Below are positions 1 to 9,327 of a stretch of DNA of 64,000 bases, one piece after another. How positions within the stretch are numbered: position 1 is the first letter of the stretch; every line of letters starts with the position of its first letter. Source of the stretch: an uncultured Bacteroides sp. (GTDB lineage Bacteria > Bacteroidota > Bacteroidia > Bacteroidales > Muribaculaceae); the NCBI GenBank assembly GCA_964575435.1, contig CAZNRK010000001.1, positions 38,145 to 102,144 of the forward strand, read 5' to 3'. Under the pieces are notes generated by a model that had not been told where the DNA came from, did not search any database, and saw only the letters and a program-made list of their open reading frames with translations. The translations under genes and the position numbers were made by a program.

Positions 1-18
1 GTGGTGGTCGGCGAATAA
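1..18 (+). CDS. grpE: 3' end of probable nucleotide exchange factor GrpE (partial)
   Basis: Reads VVVGE-stop, a typical GrpE C-terminus, 22 nt upstream of dnaJ. Confidence 0.6.
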   Translation: MVVGE

Positions 19-40
19 TAAGCATTGAATAATAAGCATT

Positions 41-1228
41 ATGGAAAAACGCGACTATTACGAGGTGCTTGGCGTGGATAAAAGCGCCACCGCCGATCAG
101 CTCAAAAAGGCCTACAGAAAGTTGGCCCTAAAATATCACCCCGACCGCAATCCCGACAACCCCGATGCTGAGAAAAAATTCAAAGAAGCGGCGGAGGCTT
201 ACGATGTGCTTTCCGATCCAGAAAAGCGCGAAAAGTATGACCGTTACGGCCACTCGATGGGCCCGCAAGGCTTTGGAGGTGGTGAAGGCGGCTTCTACTC
301 AGGCGAGGGCATGAGCTACGACGACATCTTCTCTCGCTTCGGCGACATCTTCTCAGGGATGGGCTTTGGCGGTTTCGGTGGCGCCACAGGCTTTGGTGGC
401 AGTTCGCGCCGCCAGGCACGAAAGCGTCGCAAACGCGGCACCGACCTGCGCATCCGCGTAAAGCTCTCTCTTGAAGACATTGCCAAGGGAGTCACGAAAA
501 CCTTAAAGATCCCAACCTTCGTCAAGTGCCACTCCTGCAACGGCACAGGTGCAAAAGACGGAGTGGCCTTTGCCACATGTCAGACTTGCGGTGGCTCCGG
601 TGTGGCCCACACTATCCAGCACACTCCCTTTGGCGACATGGCCTCAGAAGGCGTCTGCCCGACCTGTAACGGTTCAGGTAAAGTCATCACTGAGAAGTGC
701 TCTCACTGCCATGGCGAAGGCGTTGTCAGGGAAGACCAACAAATATCATTTACCATCCCCGCCGGCGTCTCTGATGGCATGACCCTTACCCTACGCGGCA
801 AGGGCAACGCTCCCCGCCAGGGTGGGTCGGATGGCGAAAATGGCGACCTCCTCGTGGTTGTTGAGGAGATCAAGCATCCTGAGCTCATCCGCGATGGCAA
901 TGATGTGATCTATAACCTTATGCTCGACATCCCCACCGCCACTCTCGGCGGAGCAGTCGAGGTGCCCACTATCTCCGGACGTGCCCGACTAAATATTCCG
1001 GCCGGCACCCAACCCGGCAAGGTCCTCAGATTGCGAGGCAAGGGTCTGCCCTCCTACGAAGGCCACCAGACCGGCGACGAGCTCATCAACGTTATGGTCT
1101 ACATCCCCGAGAATCCGTCAGAGTCAACGCGTCAGGCAATTGAAAGCCTTCGCAATGCTCCTGACATCAAGCCCACAGAGGCTCAGGCTAAACACATTTT
1201 CTCAAAACTCAAACACATTTTTGAATGA
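41..1228 (+). CDS. dnaJ: Molecular chaperone DnaJ
   Basis: J domain with HPD, G/F-rich linker, four CxxCxGxG repeats, C-terminal domain. Confidence 0.98.
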   Translation: MEKRDYYEVLGVDKSATADQLKKAYRKLALKYHPDRNPDNPDAEKKFKEAAEAYDVLSDPEKREKYDRYGHSMGPQGFGGGEGGFYSGEGMSYDDIFSRFGDIFSGMGFGGFGGATGFGGSSRRQARKRRKRGTDLRIRVKLSLEDIAKGVTKTLKIPTFVKCHSCNGTGAKDGVAFATCQTCGGSGVAHTIQHTPFGDMASEGVCPTCNGSGKVITEKCSHCHGEGVVREDQQISFTIPAGVSDGMTLTLRGKGNAPRQGGSDGENGDLLVVVEEIKHPELIRDGNDVIYNLMLDIPTATLGGAVEVPTISGRARLNIPAGTQPGKVLRLRGKGLPSYEGHQTGDELINVMVYIPENPSESTRQAIESLRNAPDIKPTEAQAKHIFSKLKHIFE

Positions 1229-2151
1229 AAGGAATCTATGTAGCAGCAATCGCCGTAGCCGCCTTTCTCTCTGGATGCTCTGTGCTTAATGCCGACAGTA
1301 AGGCTTCCAAACCTCAGCCCTCAGCAGCTGAGGTAAAGGTGCCTCAACTTGCACCGGCTGACAGTGTAGTGGCCGGCGTTGAATCTCCGGACTTGGCTGC
1401 CCAAGCTCCCGAGACCTCAAGACCTCAGAAAGTGCGTCATCGCTCTCACCTCTATGGTCAGCTCTCCGGAGAGTGGACCATCGTGAAAGCCGGCAAGACA
1501 GAAATCCCATATGAGGACGAAATGCCATACTTGTTTTTTGACGAAAAGCAGTGGACCTTCTACGCCTCTAACGGATGCAACATCCTCAATGGCAAATTCA
1601 CATACGACGGCGATTTCGATATCCGTTTTGATTCTGTCATCTCCACGATGAAATATTGTCCGGATGTGCAGTTCGAGCAGGAAATAAATTCCGTGCTGTC
1701 GGATGGCAAAGTAGTAACTGCCAAAATCGAGCAAAGCGGACGTGAAACATTTCTTACCCTCTCCAACTCTCAAGGCAAAACCCTTATGCGTCTGCGCCGT
1801 CATAATCTCGACTTCCTTAACGGGCAGTGGGACGTAACTCGCATCGAAGACACTGATGTCAAGGACAGCGGTGTGAATATCTTTCTTGACATTGCTGAGC
1901 GTAAAGCTCACGGCAACACCGGCTGCAACTACTTCAACGGTACCATAGAAATCGATCCGTTCCATCCATCGGCAATTGCTTTCAGAAATATGGCCGTCAC
2001 AATGCGAGCTTGCCCCAACCTTGACACCGAGATGAAATTTCTCGTGGCCCTTGAGCAGGTGACACAGCTTAAGACCTCCGGAAACAATACCCTGCACCTC
2101 CTCGACCGTCAAGGTCGCACCATTCTCACCCTCCGGCGTGTTGAAGATTAA
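1225..2151 (+). CDS. META-domain (HslJ-like) lipoprotein with two META domains
   Basis: Lipobox LSGC; duplicated GCN...G...TM-x-x-CP motifs; ATGA overlap with dnaJ. Confidence 0.85.
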   Translation: MKGIYVAAIAVAAFLSGCSVLNADSKASKPQPSAAEVKVPQLAPADSVVAGVESPDLAAQAPETSRPQKVRHRSHLYGQLSGEWTIVKAGKTEIPYEDEMPYLFFDEKQWTFYASNGCNILNGKFTYDGDFDIRFDSVISTMKYCPDVQFEQEINSVLSDGKVVTAKIEQSGRETFLTLSNSQGKTLMRLRRHNLDFLNGQWDVTRIEDTDVKDSGVNIFLDIAERKAHGNTGCNYFNGTIEIDPFHPSAIAFRNMAVTMRACPNLDTEMKFLVALEQVTQLKTSGNNTLHLLDRQGRTILTLRRVED

Positions 2152-2174
2152 GAATTAAGAAAAAAATAACAAGA

Positions 2175-2206
2175 GTCCTCGCAAACTTTTTTGCGGGGAT
2201 TTTTTT
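2175..2206 (+). terminator. Intrinsic terminator of the dnaJ operon
   Basis: Stem gtcctcgcaa/ttgcggggat followed by a T run. Confidence 0.8.
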
Positions 2207-2213
2207 CGCAAGA

Positions 2214-2245
2214 TTTGCAGAAATCGCAAGAAGTTGCTATCTTCG
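2214..2245 (+). promoter_or_regulatory. Bacteroidetes housekeeping promoter for the GH84 gene
   Basis: TTTG-N20-TATCTTCG, one mismatch to TAnnTTTG. Confidence 0.55.
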
Positions 2246-2268
2246 CGCTATAATTCTATCCTAAAACC

Positions 2269-4053
2269 ATGAAAAGATTTTTTGCTTTGGCTCTCACCGG
2301 GCTTATGGGAATCACTTACATGAATGCAAAACAACTTTACAATCCCGATCAATACAAAAATTCTGAGTTTGGGTCTAAAGTCTATCCCAAACATGAAGGT
2401 TATACCCTTATCGGCGCGGATACAGCTGATGCCGATGCAGTCAGAGTGCTTCGTGATGCCTATCCCAACGTTGCATCTACGCCTTTATATATAGGTGAAA
2501 GAGGCGATGAAGCGGTAAAAGATGTCGAAGATCAAATTCCCGACCACAGTCAGGGCTATTACCTCAGCATTCAGCCGGATGCCGTTTACATTGCCGGTAA
2601 CGACCCTACGGGCACGTTCTATGGAGTGCAGACATTCTTAGATGTGAATGATCCTGAGGCTGTGTATCCGACGGAGATTCGAGACTGGCCTTCAACGCCT
2701 AACAGAGGTGTTGTTGAGGGGTTTTATGGAAATGCCTGGAGCTTCGAAGACCGAGCCTCTCAGTTTGAATTCTATGGTCGACACAAACTCGACACTTATA
2801 TCTACGGCCCTAAAGACGACCCATACCACCGGAGCAGATGGCGCGAACCATACCCGGAGAAAGAGGCCGAAAATATCCGTCGGCTCGTTGAGCTGGCCTC
2901 ACGAAATAAAGTGAATTTTGTCTGGAGTCTGCACCCTGCCGGCGACCATTCATGGGATGAGGCCGACAATCGTGCTGCTATCGCCAAGATGGAGCAACTT
3001 TATGGACTTGGAGTGAGACATTTTGCCGTCTTTTTTGACGATGTCTTCGGCGACCATGCCGATGGCAAGCAGCACAAAGCAATGATGGATTATGTGATGG
3101 ATAATTTCGTGAGAATCCATCCCGACATCCAATCCCTGATCATGTGCCCTTCGCTTTACAACAAAAGCTGGGTGCCTAAATTTCAGGAATCTTATCTCCA
3201 GGACATCTCAAAAATGGATCCCTTCATACAGATAATGTGGACCGGGGATAAAATCGTCAACATGATTCACACCTCCGACATCCGTTGGATTAACTCCCAA
3301 ATCAAACGCCGGCCCTTTATCTGGCACAATTATCCCGTGACGGATTATTGTGTCGACCACTTGCTCATGGGCCCGTACGCCGGAAATGATAATAAAGCCC
3401 CTGAGTACGTTACCGGCTTTACGATCAATCCCATGGAATATGCCGAGGCATCGAAAGTGAGCATCATGTGTGCAGCTATTTATCTTTGGAACCCCTCCGG
3501 CTATCATAGCCCTTATTATCCTTGGTATGCTGCGTTGCGTGAACTTGTTCCTGATCATACGGAGGCTTTCAAAACTTTCTGCTTATATAATGTTGATCCG
3601 GGCGACACTCCACATAAATTCCGTCTTGAAGGAGAATCGCCACAGTTAAAGGAAATTATTGACCGATACGGAGATTCGATTGTCAGCTATTCATCCACCG
3701 GGCTTGATTCATTAAATAATGAGTTCAAAAGCCTTGAACAAGCATGCTCCGAACTTCTCGAGGCATCGCCACAGAACAGACTTCTCACAGAAATCAAGCC
3801 TTGGATAGAGAGGGGTCGGTTGTTAGGGCTCAGAGGCCAAACGGCTGTGAAGATGCGCCGGGCAATGATGCGAGGCGATAAGGTGGATTTTAATTCTTGC
3901 AAGTCGACCTACGAAGCCCTTACAGATAGTGCAGGCCTAATCACCTCGCGGGATTTCCCGGGGTCAATCAAAGTGGCCCATCCCGTGGTGGGCACGGCCT
4001 ATGCCGAGCCTTTCCTTAAGCAAAGCGTTGAGGATATGTCTGAGCAATTCTGA
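2269..4053 (+). CDS. GH84 beta-N-acetylglucosaminidase (O-GlcNAcase/hyaluronidase family), secreted
   Basis: Signal peptide; RGVVEGFYG, YIYGPKDDPYH, catalytic FFDD, WTGD and W-x-NYPVTDY motifs. Confidence 0.92.
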   Translation: MKRFFALALTGLMGITYMNAKQLYNPDQYKNSEFGSKVYPKHEGYTLIGADTADADAVRVLRDAYPNVASTPLYIGERGDEAVKDVEDQIPDHSQGYYLSIQPDAVYIAGNDPTGTFYGVQTFLDVNDPEAVYPTEIRDWPSTPNRGVVEGFYGNAWSFEDRASQFEFYGRHKLDTYIYGPKDDPYHRSRWREPYPEKEAENIRRLVELASRNKVNFVWSLHPAGDHSWDEADNRAAIAKMEQLYGLGVRHFAVFFDDVFGDHADGKQHKAMMDYVMDNFVRIHPDIQSLIMCPSLYNKSWVPKFQESYLQDISKMDPFIQIMWTGDKIVNMIHTSDIRWINSQIKRRPFIWHNYPVTDYCVDHLLMGPYAGNDNKAPEYVTGFTINPMEYAEASKVSIMCAAIYLWNPSGYHSPYYPWYAALRELVPDHTEAFKTFCLYNVDPGDTPHKFRLEGESPQLKEIIDRYGDSIVSYSSTGLDSLNNEFKSLEQACSELLEASPQNRLLTEIKPWIERGRLLGLRGQTAVKMRRAMMRGDKVDFNSCKSTYEALTDSAGLITSRDFPGSIKVAHPVVGTAYAEPFLKQSVEDMSEQF

Positions 4054-4106
4054 ATCAATAGTATATAAATCAGTTCTGACTCAACCGAGAAAAAAACTGT
4101 ACAGAG

Positions 4107-4655
4107 TCAACCGAGTATAAAATCTGCGTCATCAATCAAGGCGAGCGCAACCGTTTTGGTCAGTTTGCACTCTCGCGCGACTTCTTTCTGCGCCGCTTCT
4201 TTGGCCTTTTGTGGCATTTTGCTCAAAAGGTTGTAGAGAAGTCGCAATCCCGTGTATCGCACCATGTCACTATCATCATCGATCAACTCCCGGGCAAGCT
4301 CTCCGGCATAGGGCATATGTCGCAAAAGACGATGACATAGGATGTCGGCCACTTCTTGCACCGGCACCTCCCGGGCCCACTGTCGAGCCATATCGAGAGT
4401 CATTTCCTCCGGGGGCATCAGCATTGGTGCAAGAAGCATGCTCTCGCGCGTTGTAGTGTTTTGCCACAGATCCACGGCAAGCTCGGCGGAGTGGGGGAGC
4501 TGGCCGGAGATTTCGATGAGTTGGGGCAGGTTCACTCCAAAAATTATCTGAAAAGGACTGCCTCCTTTGCGCAGAGCATCTGCCACCACGCCATTACGCA
4601 TGGAAAACATGCAGCGCTTGGCGCGCTGCATGTCATTAAATACGGTTTCTGACAC
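4107..4655 (-). CDS. DNA alkylation repair family (AlkD-like HEAT repeat) protein
   Basis: MRNGVVA..MR-like N-terminus, FGVNLPQL, LW...RES-LLA motifs; GTG start. Confidence 0.75.
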   Translation of the reverse strand: MSETVFNDMQRAKRCMFSMRNGVVADALRKGGSPFQIIFGVNLPQLIEISGQLPHSAELAVDLWQNTTTRESMLLAPMLMPPEEMTLDMARQWAREVPVQEVADILCHRLLRHMPYAGELARELIDDDSDMVRYTGLRLLYNLLSKMPQKAKEAAQKEVARECKLTKTVALALIDDADFILG

Positions 4656-4663
4656 GTGAGTGC

Positions 4664-4954
4664 TTATTTATTTTTCTGCTTTTCAAGTTGGCGCTCGATG
4701 GCTTCGAGGCAGAGGTCAACAGCCTCCTCGAAGGTGTCGGCAGTCTTGCCGGCCACGATGTCTTCCTTGCCGGGGATGATGACCTTTACGTTGGCCTCTT
4801 TGTTCATGGCAGTTTCAGGTTTTACGACTTTCAGGGTGACGTCTACAACAGAGATTGCAGAGTTGTGGCGTGCGAGGCGGTCAGCTTTCTTTTCGATGAA
4901 AGCGGTCAGGCGCTCAGCGATGTCAAAGTGGATGGCTTGGATTCTTACTTCCAT
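4664..4954 (-). CDS. raiA: Ribosome hibernation promoting factor (HPF/RaiA)
   Basis: 96 aa, IQAIHFD...TFEEAVD...RQL; directly downstream of xerC. Confidence 0.93.
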   Translation of the reverse strand: MEVRIQAIHFDIAERLTAFIEKKADRLARHNSAISVVDVTLKVVKPETAMNKEANVKVIIPGKEDIVAGKTADTFEEAVDLCLEAIERQLEKQKNK

Positions 4955-5852
4955 GGTGTCCTCCTTTTTTTAGTGCACGGGGATGTGCAAGTTGATAAAT
5001 TTGTTGTATTTCGCTGATAGATATATGGGTATATATCTGTGTAGTTTCAAGTGATTGATGTCCCAGCAGTTGCTTTACAGCATTGAGATCAGCTCCGGAG
5101 TTGAGCATTTCGGTGGCAAAGGTGTGTCGAAGCACGTGGGGAGATTTCTTTGGAGAGGTGACTCGCCCTTCAAGTGCCTCCCGAACCACCAGGTAAACCT
5201 GCTTGTAAGACATTGTCAGTCCCTTTTCAGTAATAAACAACGCCGGAGAGGCTGCGGTTCGCTGTCGACGAAGATTTCTGTATTGCTCAATGAGGTCTGA
5301 AAGTTCCGGCCCAAATGGCACCAGGCGCTCTTTGTTGCGCTTGCCCAGCACTTTTATCACACCCTGCACGGTGTCAACGTTCATCTCGAGCAGTCCGCAC
5401 AGCTCTGATGCGCGTATGCCTGTTTGATAGAACATTTGCAAAATCAGATGATTGCGCACTTCAGTGAAATCCTGAGCCTCAGGCTCATCGTCCATTATCT
5501 TCTCGATTTGATTGTGAGCTATAACCGTCGGGAGAGTTTTGGCCGGGCGAGCAAGAATGAGGTCAGAGGCCGGGTTGGATCGGAGTCCGTGACGCTTCAT
5601 AAGGAATCGAAAAAAAGTGCGCAGAGATGTGGCTTTGCGTCGTATGCTCCGAGCCGAGACGCCGGTTGCGCTAAGGTGAGCGATCCAGGTGCGCAGGTCA
5701 GAAGTGGTCACATCCATTGGATTGAACTGCTCCGGTTGACCGTCTGTGGCAAATCGGGCCCACTGACGAAGGTCGCCATCGTAAGCTCGGATGGAATGTT
5801 CAGACAGACCAAGTTCGTAACGAATATATGTCAGAAAATCATCGATTATCAT
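4923..5852 (-). CDS. xerC: Tyrosine recombinase XerC
   Basis: Catalytic motifs GIRASE, GKRNKER, HVLRHTFAT, LGH, TQIYTH; AHPRA near the C-terminus. Confidence 0.9.
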   Translation of the reverse strand: MIIDDFLTYIRYELGLSEHSIRAYDGDLRQWARFATDGQPEQFNPMDVTTSDLRTWIAHLSATGVSARSIRRKATSLRTFFRFLMKRHGLRSNPASDLILARPAKTLPTVIAHNQIEKIMDDEPEAQDFTEVRNHLILQMFYQTGIRASELCGLLEMNVDTVQGVIKVLGKRNKERLVPFGPELSDLIEQYRNLRRQRTAASPALFITEKGLTMSYKQVYLVVREALEGRVTSPKKSPHVLRHTFATEMLNSGADLNAVKQLLGHQSLETTQIYTHISISEIQQIYQLAHPRALKKGGHHGSKNPSHPL

Positions 5853-5912
5853 GGCAGGTAGATGTGCACCACGAATTTAGGCATAATATTTGATTCGGCC
5901 AAATTTTTGCAT

Positions 5913-5945
5913 AAAAAAATCCATGGCCACAGGGGTCATGGATTT
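5913..5945 (-). terminator. Intrinsic terminator after the RsiV-like lipoprotein gene
   Basis: Minus strand stem aaatccatgacc/ggccatggattt plus T run. Confidence 0.8.
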
Positions 5946-5964
5946 CTAATAAATTATGATAAGT

Positions 5965-6891
5965 TTAGAAGTTGATGTCGTCCTTGATTTCTTTGTAGGG
6001 GAGAGTATAGACTCCGATACCGTCGGAATAAGGAGCGATGCTGTACTCGGGATAAACGAATGTGAGACCTTCACGAGTGAGACCTACATTGTAGATGGGG
6101 AAGTTGGCCTCGGTCAGGGAGTTGGGGTCATTGTTAACAAATTCACCAACGCTCTTGAGGTAATCTTTCTCTTCCTTAAAACCTTTGGCTTTAGCGATAG
6201 TTTCAACGAGTTCTTCGCGCACGTCCTTCACTTCGTCTTTCTTCACGATTTGATCAAAAGTGAGCACTTGGCCATTTGAGCGGTCAACAGTAGTGAGCAC
6301 ATAGCTTGCTGTGCCGTGGGCAGCGCCGCGCACATAAGTTTCTGCGTAGCTGGTACGGGTGAGCACTTTGGGTGTTACGTAGTTAATGAGTTCGTTAACG
6401 AGGGCATATTGTGCCAGTTCTGTAACTGAGGAGTCTGCTTTGAGCTCGGGATACACGCGATTGGCAAAATCGTTGGCAAGAGCGGCGATGGTATTCTCCA
6501 CTGCGTCGGGACCTTCAAAGGTAGAGGCGGGAAGATTTGAAGTCTCAAGGTTACGCACCATGAGGGTGGATTTGTCAAGAGACTGAGCCACAGCCGTGAT
6601 GTAGGCTTGATCGTCGGGGATATAATCACACACGATGTCAAGATATACCAGAGAATCAGGGGTGGAGATGCGGCGCGAAGCGCGTTTGTAGGCAATCTCT
6701 ACTCCGTTTTCGTTCAGTTTATAATCCTCTACAAAAGTAGAGTCGGGAGCATCTGCTTTTACGTTGATTACGCCCAGAGCGCGACCTGTGCTGTCGGTTG
6801 CGGCCACGTCGGGATTGCAGCATTTGTCAGAACCATTGGAGCAGCCTACCAAGCCGGCGGCCAGACCAAGGATAATTAAAAAACGGTTCAT
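5965..6891 (-). CDS. DUF3298/DUF4163 (RsiV-like) lipoprotein
   Basis: Start moved to MNRFLII (lipobox LVGC); Y-x-x-GAAHG and GLTFVYPEYSIAPYSDG motifs. Confidence 0.78.
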   Translation of the reverse strand: MNRFLIILGLAAGLVGCSNGSDKCCNPDVAATDSTGRALGVINVKADAPDSTFVEDYKLNENGVEIAYKRASRRISTPDSLVYLDIVCDYIPDDQAYITAVAQSLDKSTLMVRNLETSNLPASTFEGPDAVENTIAALANDFANRVYPELKADSSVTELAQYALVNELINYVTPKVLTRTSYAETYVRGAAHGTASYVLTTVDRSNGQVLTFDQIVKKDEVKDVREELVETIAKAKGFKEEKDYLKSVGEFVNNDPNSLTEANFPIYNVGLTREGLTFVYPEYSIAPYSDGIGVYTLPYKEIKDDINF

Positions 6892-7030
6892 GTCTTTTTT
6901 GAATTTATAAAGTTGATATTTCGTTAATTCAGTTGAAATATGTGATGTTGTATGCGACAATATTTTAAGCGCACGGCGTTTCTCTCCGCTATACGCTACA
7001 ATATTAACGCTTACAATGAAAAAAAGTTGA

Positions 7031-8137
7031 CTACTCAGCTAAAATTTCTTTCAAATATTTCAATGAAGCTTCGCGCTCGCGTGCAATTATCTGATTTACA
7101 GGCTTAAAGTTGATTTTGCGTAATGGCATGTCGAAGTCGGCGTAATCGGTGAGGACACGGTCGCTCAGACCGGTAAGATCCAGAAGGCTGCGATTGCGGC
7201 TGCTCGTGCCATTACCCGGCAGGATCTCCACAAACGGCGTGTTGAGATTTATGGCAAATGCCGTGCCGTGGAAAGAATCTGTAACCATTATCTGGGCATG
7301 CTGAATCATGGCAATAAATTTCCCGGGAGAGGGAAGCCATATAAATTTACCGGGACGCAAACGTTGATGCAAGTAGGGAGATACACGATAAACCGGCATC
7401 CCTGTGCGACGGCTGAGTTCATCGGCATATTTTCCGAGATTAGGATCGTTATGAATCTGATAAATGAGGATGTATTTTCCTTCCGGGGCTTTGTCTTCCG
7501 GACGCACATATTCGAGCCATTGGTCAGAGGATAGCAGGAGAGTGGGATCGAGCACCTGCTTGGGCGTCTCGACTCCCAGGGCTTTCACGATCTCCACAGC
7601 GTGCGATTCGCGCACGCCGATGTGATTGTATAGGGGAAGCAGGCGGTGGAAAGCGGCTTGAGTCTCGCCATTAAAGGATGTGTGACCAAAGCTGGCTGCA
7701 TATGCCACTTTTCTTCCTTTCTCCACAAAATCAAGCATGTAGGCCGTGTCGAAGGGTTCGCGCCCTATAGGTCCCCACACCTGGTCGCTGCCGGTCATGA
7801 AAACGTCGGCCGCGAGCCGGGAAAGTTGTGCGTGGTTCTTGACTTCTGGGGTGAGTTTGAGGTATTTCTTTCTGAATTTGTCAAATTTCCTCTGTGCGAG
7901 AAATAAAACAGGGAAACGCATGGCAATGTAAGCTGCCTTTTTCAGCGGATTTTTGTTCCATTCCGGTTTCAAGGCCAACTCAGAGAGGATGCCACCATAC
8001 CCGCGCTCGTCGGGCCGAAGGTAGTCAATAATTTCACACTCGTGGCCAAGGCTCTCCACAGTGCGAATCGTAGCGATCGACTGCAGCAGGGAGCCGTAAT
8101 TTGACGGTGCATGTCGCGTTATAACCTTAACATTCAT
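7031..8137 (-). CDS. Polysaccharide pyruvyl transferase family protein
   Basis: NYGSLLQ, GSDQVW, YAASFG, GVRE, DPTLL and TDSFHGTAF motifs. Confidence 0.92.
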   Translation of the reverse strand: MNVKVITRHAPSNYGSLLQSIATIRTVESLGHECEIIDYLRPDERGYGGILSELALKPEWNKNPLKKAAYIAMRFPVLFLAQRKFDKFRKKYLKLTPEVKNHAQLSRLAADVFMTGSDQVWGPIGREPFDTAYMLDFVEKGRKVAYAASFGHTSFNGETQAAFHRLLPLYNHIGVRESHAVEIVKALGVETPKQVLDPTLLLSSDQWLEYVRPEDKAPEGKYILIYQIHNDPNLGKYADELSRRTGMPVYRVSPYLHQRLRPGKFIWLPSPGKFIAMIQHAQIMVTDSFHGTAFAINLNTPFVEILPGNGTSSRNRSLLDLTGLSDRVLTDYADFDMPLRKINFKPVNQIIAREREASLKYLKEILAE

Positions 8138-9327
8138 GCTTTTCCAAGGATTATGTTTCGCAAATCAGGCAATTTGCACACCACTCGGTAATAAATCATC
8201 GGCATCCTTGGGCCGGACACCAGAAAACGTATCAGGCGTCGTTGAAGATCTTCCGCTTTTCCGGCCATTTCCACTTTTCGGGAGCACTTCTCCCGGCGGA
8301 AGTAGGGCACTAATGCTTGCTTGCGGCGGATGTCGGTGAGGCCGAGAGCCGGAGCCACTTCATCAAAAGTTTTGGGTTCGAGCACGAGGTTGCTCACGCT
8401 CCGGAGCAGTTCGAGCCCTTGATCAGTGCTGGCTATGGTTAGGGTTTCGCCCAGATCGTTGTTAGGTCGTATTTGCCAGGGGTCCATCAGAGAAATATCT
8501 GAGTCCACAAGATTGCCAAAGGGGTCACCGCATGTGTTGCATCCGGGCACGGTCCACAGGCGGCGACCAAAGGGCACCTGAGCCGCGCGGTGGTAAGGAA
8601 GTGATTTATCAGAAATACGCACAATGCCGGGCCATCCCATGCCTCGATATTGAGAAGTGAATGCAAAGGGCTCGTCAATCTTCGTACCCATCACCTTGGC
8701 CAGAAAGCGAGTGGAGTCCAAAGTTTTTTGCTGCTTGCAAAAAATGCACACCTTAATAATATTCTCAAATTTTCCTTTCAACGCCACGCTCAACGCGCGA
8801 AGCTGACAAGCTGTGCCCACTACCATCAGCCTCCTGCACTTCTTGACTTTAGCAAGCTCAAGACACTGCATCACAGAGTGATACACAGAATTCGGAAGCT
8901 CGTCATAATCCGGAATATTATCCGAAGTGTAAAATTCACCCTCGGCTGCCGGGTATTTTTCAAGCCGGCGCATTGAGTAGACTCCATCAACAAGTCCGCT
9001 TTTCAAAGCTTCAATGATCAATGTCTTGCAAACGCCTCCTGATGATGAATTTCGTCTGAGTGTCGGGTCGGCATTATATCCCAAAAAGAAACTTTTGTTG
9101 CGGATATTGTCGTAATATCCCGAGAAGTCTTGAGGCTTATTTGCGGGACAGACGTTGAAACATTTCTTGCAGCCGATACATTTATCGTAATCAACGCTTA
9201 TCTCAGCAAGTCCTTCATTATTTCTGACCATCGAAAGGGCTCCGGTGGGGCAGACAGCCAAGCATGCTCCGCATTGCTGGCAGCGGTCGTAATGAAAAGT
9301 GATTTTTTTGTCGTTGAAAAGAATCAT
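8134..9327 (-). CDS. Coenzyme F420 hydrogenase/dehydrogenase beta-subunit-like Fe-S protein
   Basis: Two CxxCxxCxxxCP 4Fe-4S motifs, SSSGG, VVGTACQ, CxxC, DISLMD-x-W. Confidence 0.85.
   Translation of the reverse strand: MILFNDKKITFHYDRCQQCGACLAVCPTGALSMVRNNEGLAEISVDYDKCIGCKKCFNVCPANKPQDFSGYYDNIRNKSFFLGYNADPTLRRNSSSGGVCKTLIIEALKSGLVDGVYSMRRLEKYPAAEGEFYTSDNIPDYDELPNSVYHSVMQCLELAKVKKCRRLMVVGTACQLRALSVALKGKFENIIKVCIFCKQQKTLDSTRFLAKVMGTKIDEPFAFTSQYRGMGWPGIVRISDKSLPYHRAAQVPFGRRLWTVPGCNTCGDPFGNLVDSDISLMDPWQIRPNNDLGETLTIASTDQGLELLRSVSNLVLEPKTFDEVAPALGLTDIRRKQALVPYFRREKCSRKVEMAGKAEDLQRRLIRFLVSGPRMPMIYYRVVCKLPDLRNIILGKA

Noticed and set aside
4923-5852. Tyrosine recombinase as a prophage or island integrase
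   Set aside because: XerC-sized, AHPRA end, linked to hpf; no att repeats or cargo genes
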